Shown one piece after another: positions 26,421 through 27,618 of a DNA stretch of 27,618 bases. The DNA is from Thermoprotei archaeon. Lineage in GTDB: Archaea; Thermoproteota; Thermoprotei; QMSL01; B3-G16. The translations under genes and the position numbers were made by a program. The stretch lies in contig JAGGUS010000174.1 of the NCBI GenBank assembly GCA_021158375.1, forward strand, positions 1 to 27,618, written 5' to 3'. The first letter of the stretch is position 1; each line of letters begins with the position of its first letter. The notes under the pieces are model-generated. The model searched no databases. It was given only the letters and a program-made list of their open reading frames with translations, and had not been told where the DNA came from.

Positions 26421-27253
26421 GAAATCGACACATACAGGAAAAAGTCATTTCTCTTCTTTTAGCTACTTCAATCGTTATTATATTCTCCTTCTTTATTTGT
26501 ATCATCCTGTTTGTGGGGATAAATGGCTTACACGCAATAAGCTGGAAAATGTTGATTACAAGTGTTCAAAAAGGAGGAATTTTTGAATCGATTGTGGGTA
26601 CTCTTTACTTATTGACTGGAACAATAGCAATAGCCACACCGATAGGTATAGCCACTGCAGTCTATCTTGTGGAGTATGCTCCAAAAGGCAAGGTAAGCCG
26701 AATGATCACTCAAGCCTTGAATAATTTAGCTGGGGTTCCCTCTATAGTTTTTGGGCTCTTCGGATACGCCTTCTTTTGTAAATTCCTAAGACTAGGAATA
26801 TCTCTAATTTCAGGATGGCTAACACTAACATGTATGGTGCTCCCAATAATTGTTAAGAGTGCCCAGGAGTCCATAAGGATGGTGCCTAAAACCTTCAGAG
26901 ACGCAGCTATAGCATTAGGAGCTTCGAGATGGCAAACCATAAAGGACGTAGTACTCCCAACAGCAGCACCTGGGCTTATGACTGGTATAATTCTAGGGAT
27001 AAGCAGGGTCGCAGGCGAAACCGCAGCTATTCTTTTCACATGTTCCGTTTTCCTAACGAAAGGTTTGCCATCCACGCCCCTTCAACCCGTAATGGTTCTA
27101 ACGTATCACTTATACACACTATTGGTGGCTAGTCCAGGCGCCTCCTTAGATCGTGCTTTTGCAATGGCACTTGTTTTAGTAGGAGTTGTAGTTATGCTAA
27201 ATGCTCTTGCATATGCTGTGAGAATCGGCTACCGTAAAAAATGGGGGTGGTAA
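26417..27253 (+). CDS. pstA: Phosphate ABC transporter permease
   Basis: [41 protein letters not shown]; ATGA overlap with pstC. Confidence 0.93.
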   Translation: MRNRHIQEKVISLLLATSIVIIFSFFICIILFVGINGLHAISWKMLITSVQKGGIFESIVGTLYLLTGTIAIATPIGIATAVYLVEYAPKGKVSRMITQALNNLAGVPSIVFGLFGYAFFCKFLRLGISLISGWLTLTCMVLPIIVKSAQESIRMVPKTFRDAAIALGASRWQTIKDVVLPTAAPGLMTGIILGISRVAGETAAILFTCSVFLTKGLPSTPLQPVMVLTYHLYTLLVASPGASLDRAFAMALVLVGVVVMLNALAYAVRIGYRKKWGW

Positions 27254-27255
27254 AC

Positions 27256-27618
27256 ATGGTAATTAAGATAGAGGTTGAGAATCTAAACGTATGGTACGGA
27301 GACAATCATGTCCTAAAAGACATTAATATGAGGATTCCGGAGAGGAAAGTTACTGCTATCATCGGACCTTCCGGATGTGGAAAATCCACTTTCCTTATGA
27401 CATTGAATCGTCTAATTGATTTAATTGACAATGCACGTGTCAAGGGAAGAGTTTTACTCGATGGAAAAACATATACGACCAAGATATAGATCTTACATGG
27501 CTAAGGAAAAAAGTCGGTATGGTATTTCAAAAGCCAAACCCCCTTCCTAAGTCAATCTATGATAACGTTGCTTATGGTCCACGAATCCATGGAATCAAAG
27601 ATAAGGATACACTAGACA
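27256..27618 (+). pseudogene. pstB: Phosphate ABC transporter ATPase, 5' part with a one-base frameshift; runs off the window
   Basis: Walker [10 protein letters not shown]. After the A5 run (27465-27469) the sequence continues in the other frame as [41 protein letters not shown]. Confidence 0.85.

Noticed and set aside
1-27618. CRISPR array, tRNA or rRNA
   Set aside because: No regularly spaced 24-40-bp repeats and no recognisable cloverleaf or rRNA sequence seen by eye. A tRNAscan or CRISPR-finder run would be definitive.

Overview
AT-rich archaeal DNA, most likely Thermoproteota (inferred from PaREP1, the DUF2139-like gene, BRE/TATA promoters and GGTG/GGAGG ribosome-binding sites). The window is a decaying accessory or defence island dense in toxin-antitoxin (TA) modules. 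It has seven VapBC-type loci (four AbrB+PIN, three RHH+PIN): four intact, one with an internally deleted toxin, one whose toxin has lost its start codon, and one with both genes broken. It also has two intact MNT-HEPN pairs in opposite gene order, a pseudogenised MNT and a PaREP1 (HEPN-like) gene. A near-complete IS607-family element (serine-recombinase TnpA plus TnpB with an intact RuvC triad, about 19256-21249) has inserted at a GG(T) core in the coupled junction between an uncharacterised 186-aa gene and PaREP1. Its ends, end motifs, structured omegaRNA region, guide and candidate TAM can be read from the sequence. Two further tnpB remnants are present. Cargo genes include a ZIP transporter, a membrane-anchored clan GH-A glycoside hydrolase, a DUF4932-like HExxH protein and a DUF2139-like protein. 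Broken genes include a CARDB surface protein, a GNAT, a penicillin acylase and membrane proteins. A pstSCAB operon has a deleted pstS and a frameshifted pstB that runs off the window. No rRNA, tRNA or CRISPR array was seen. Family names come from motif recognition only; no database search was run.
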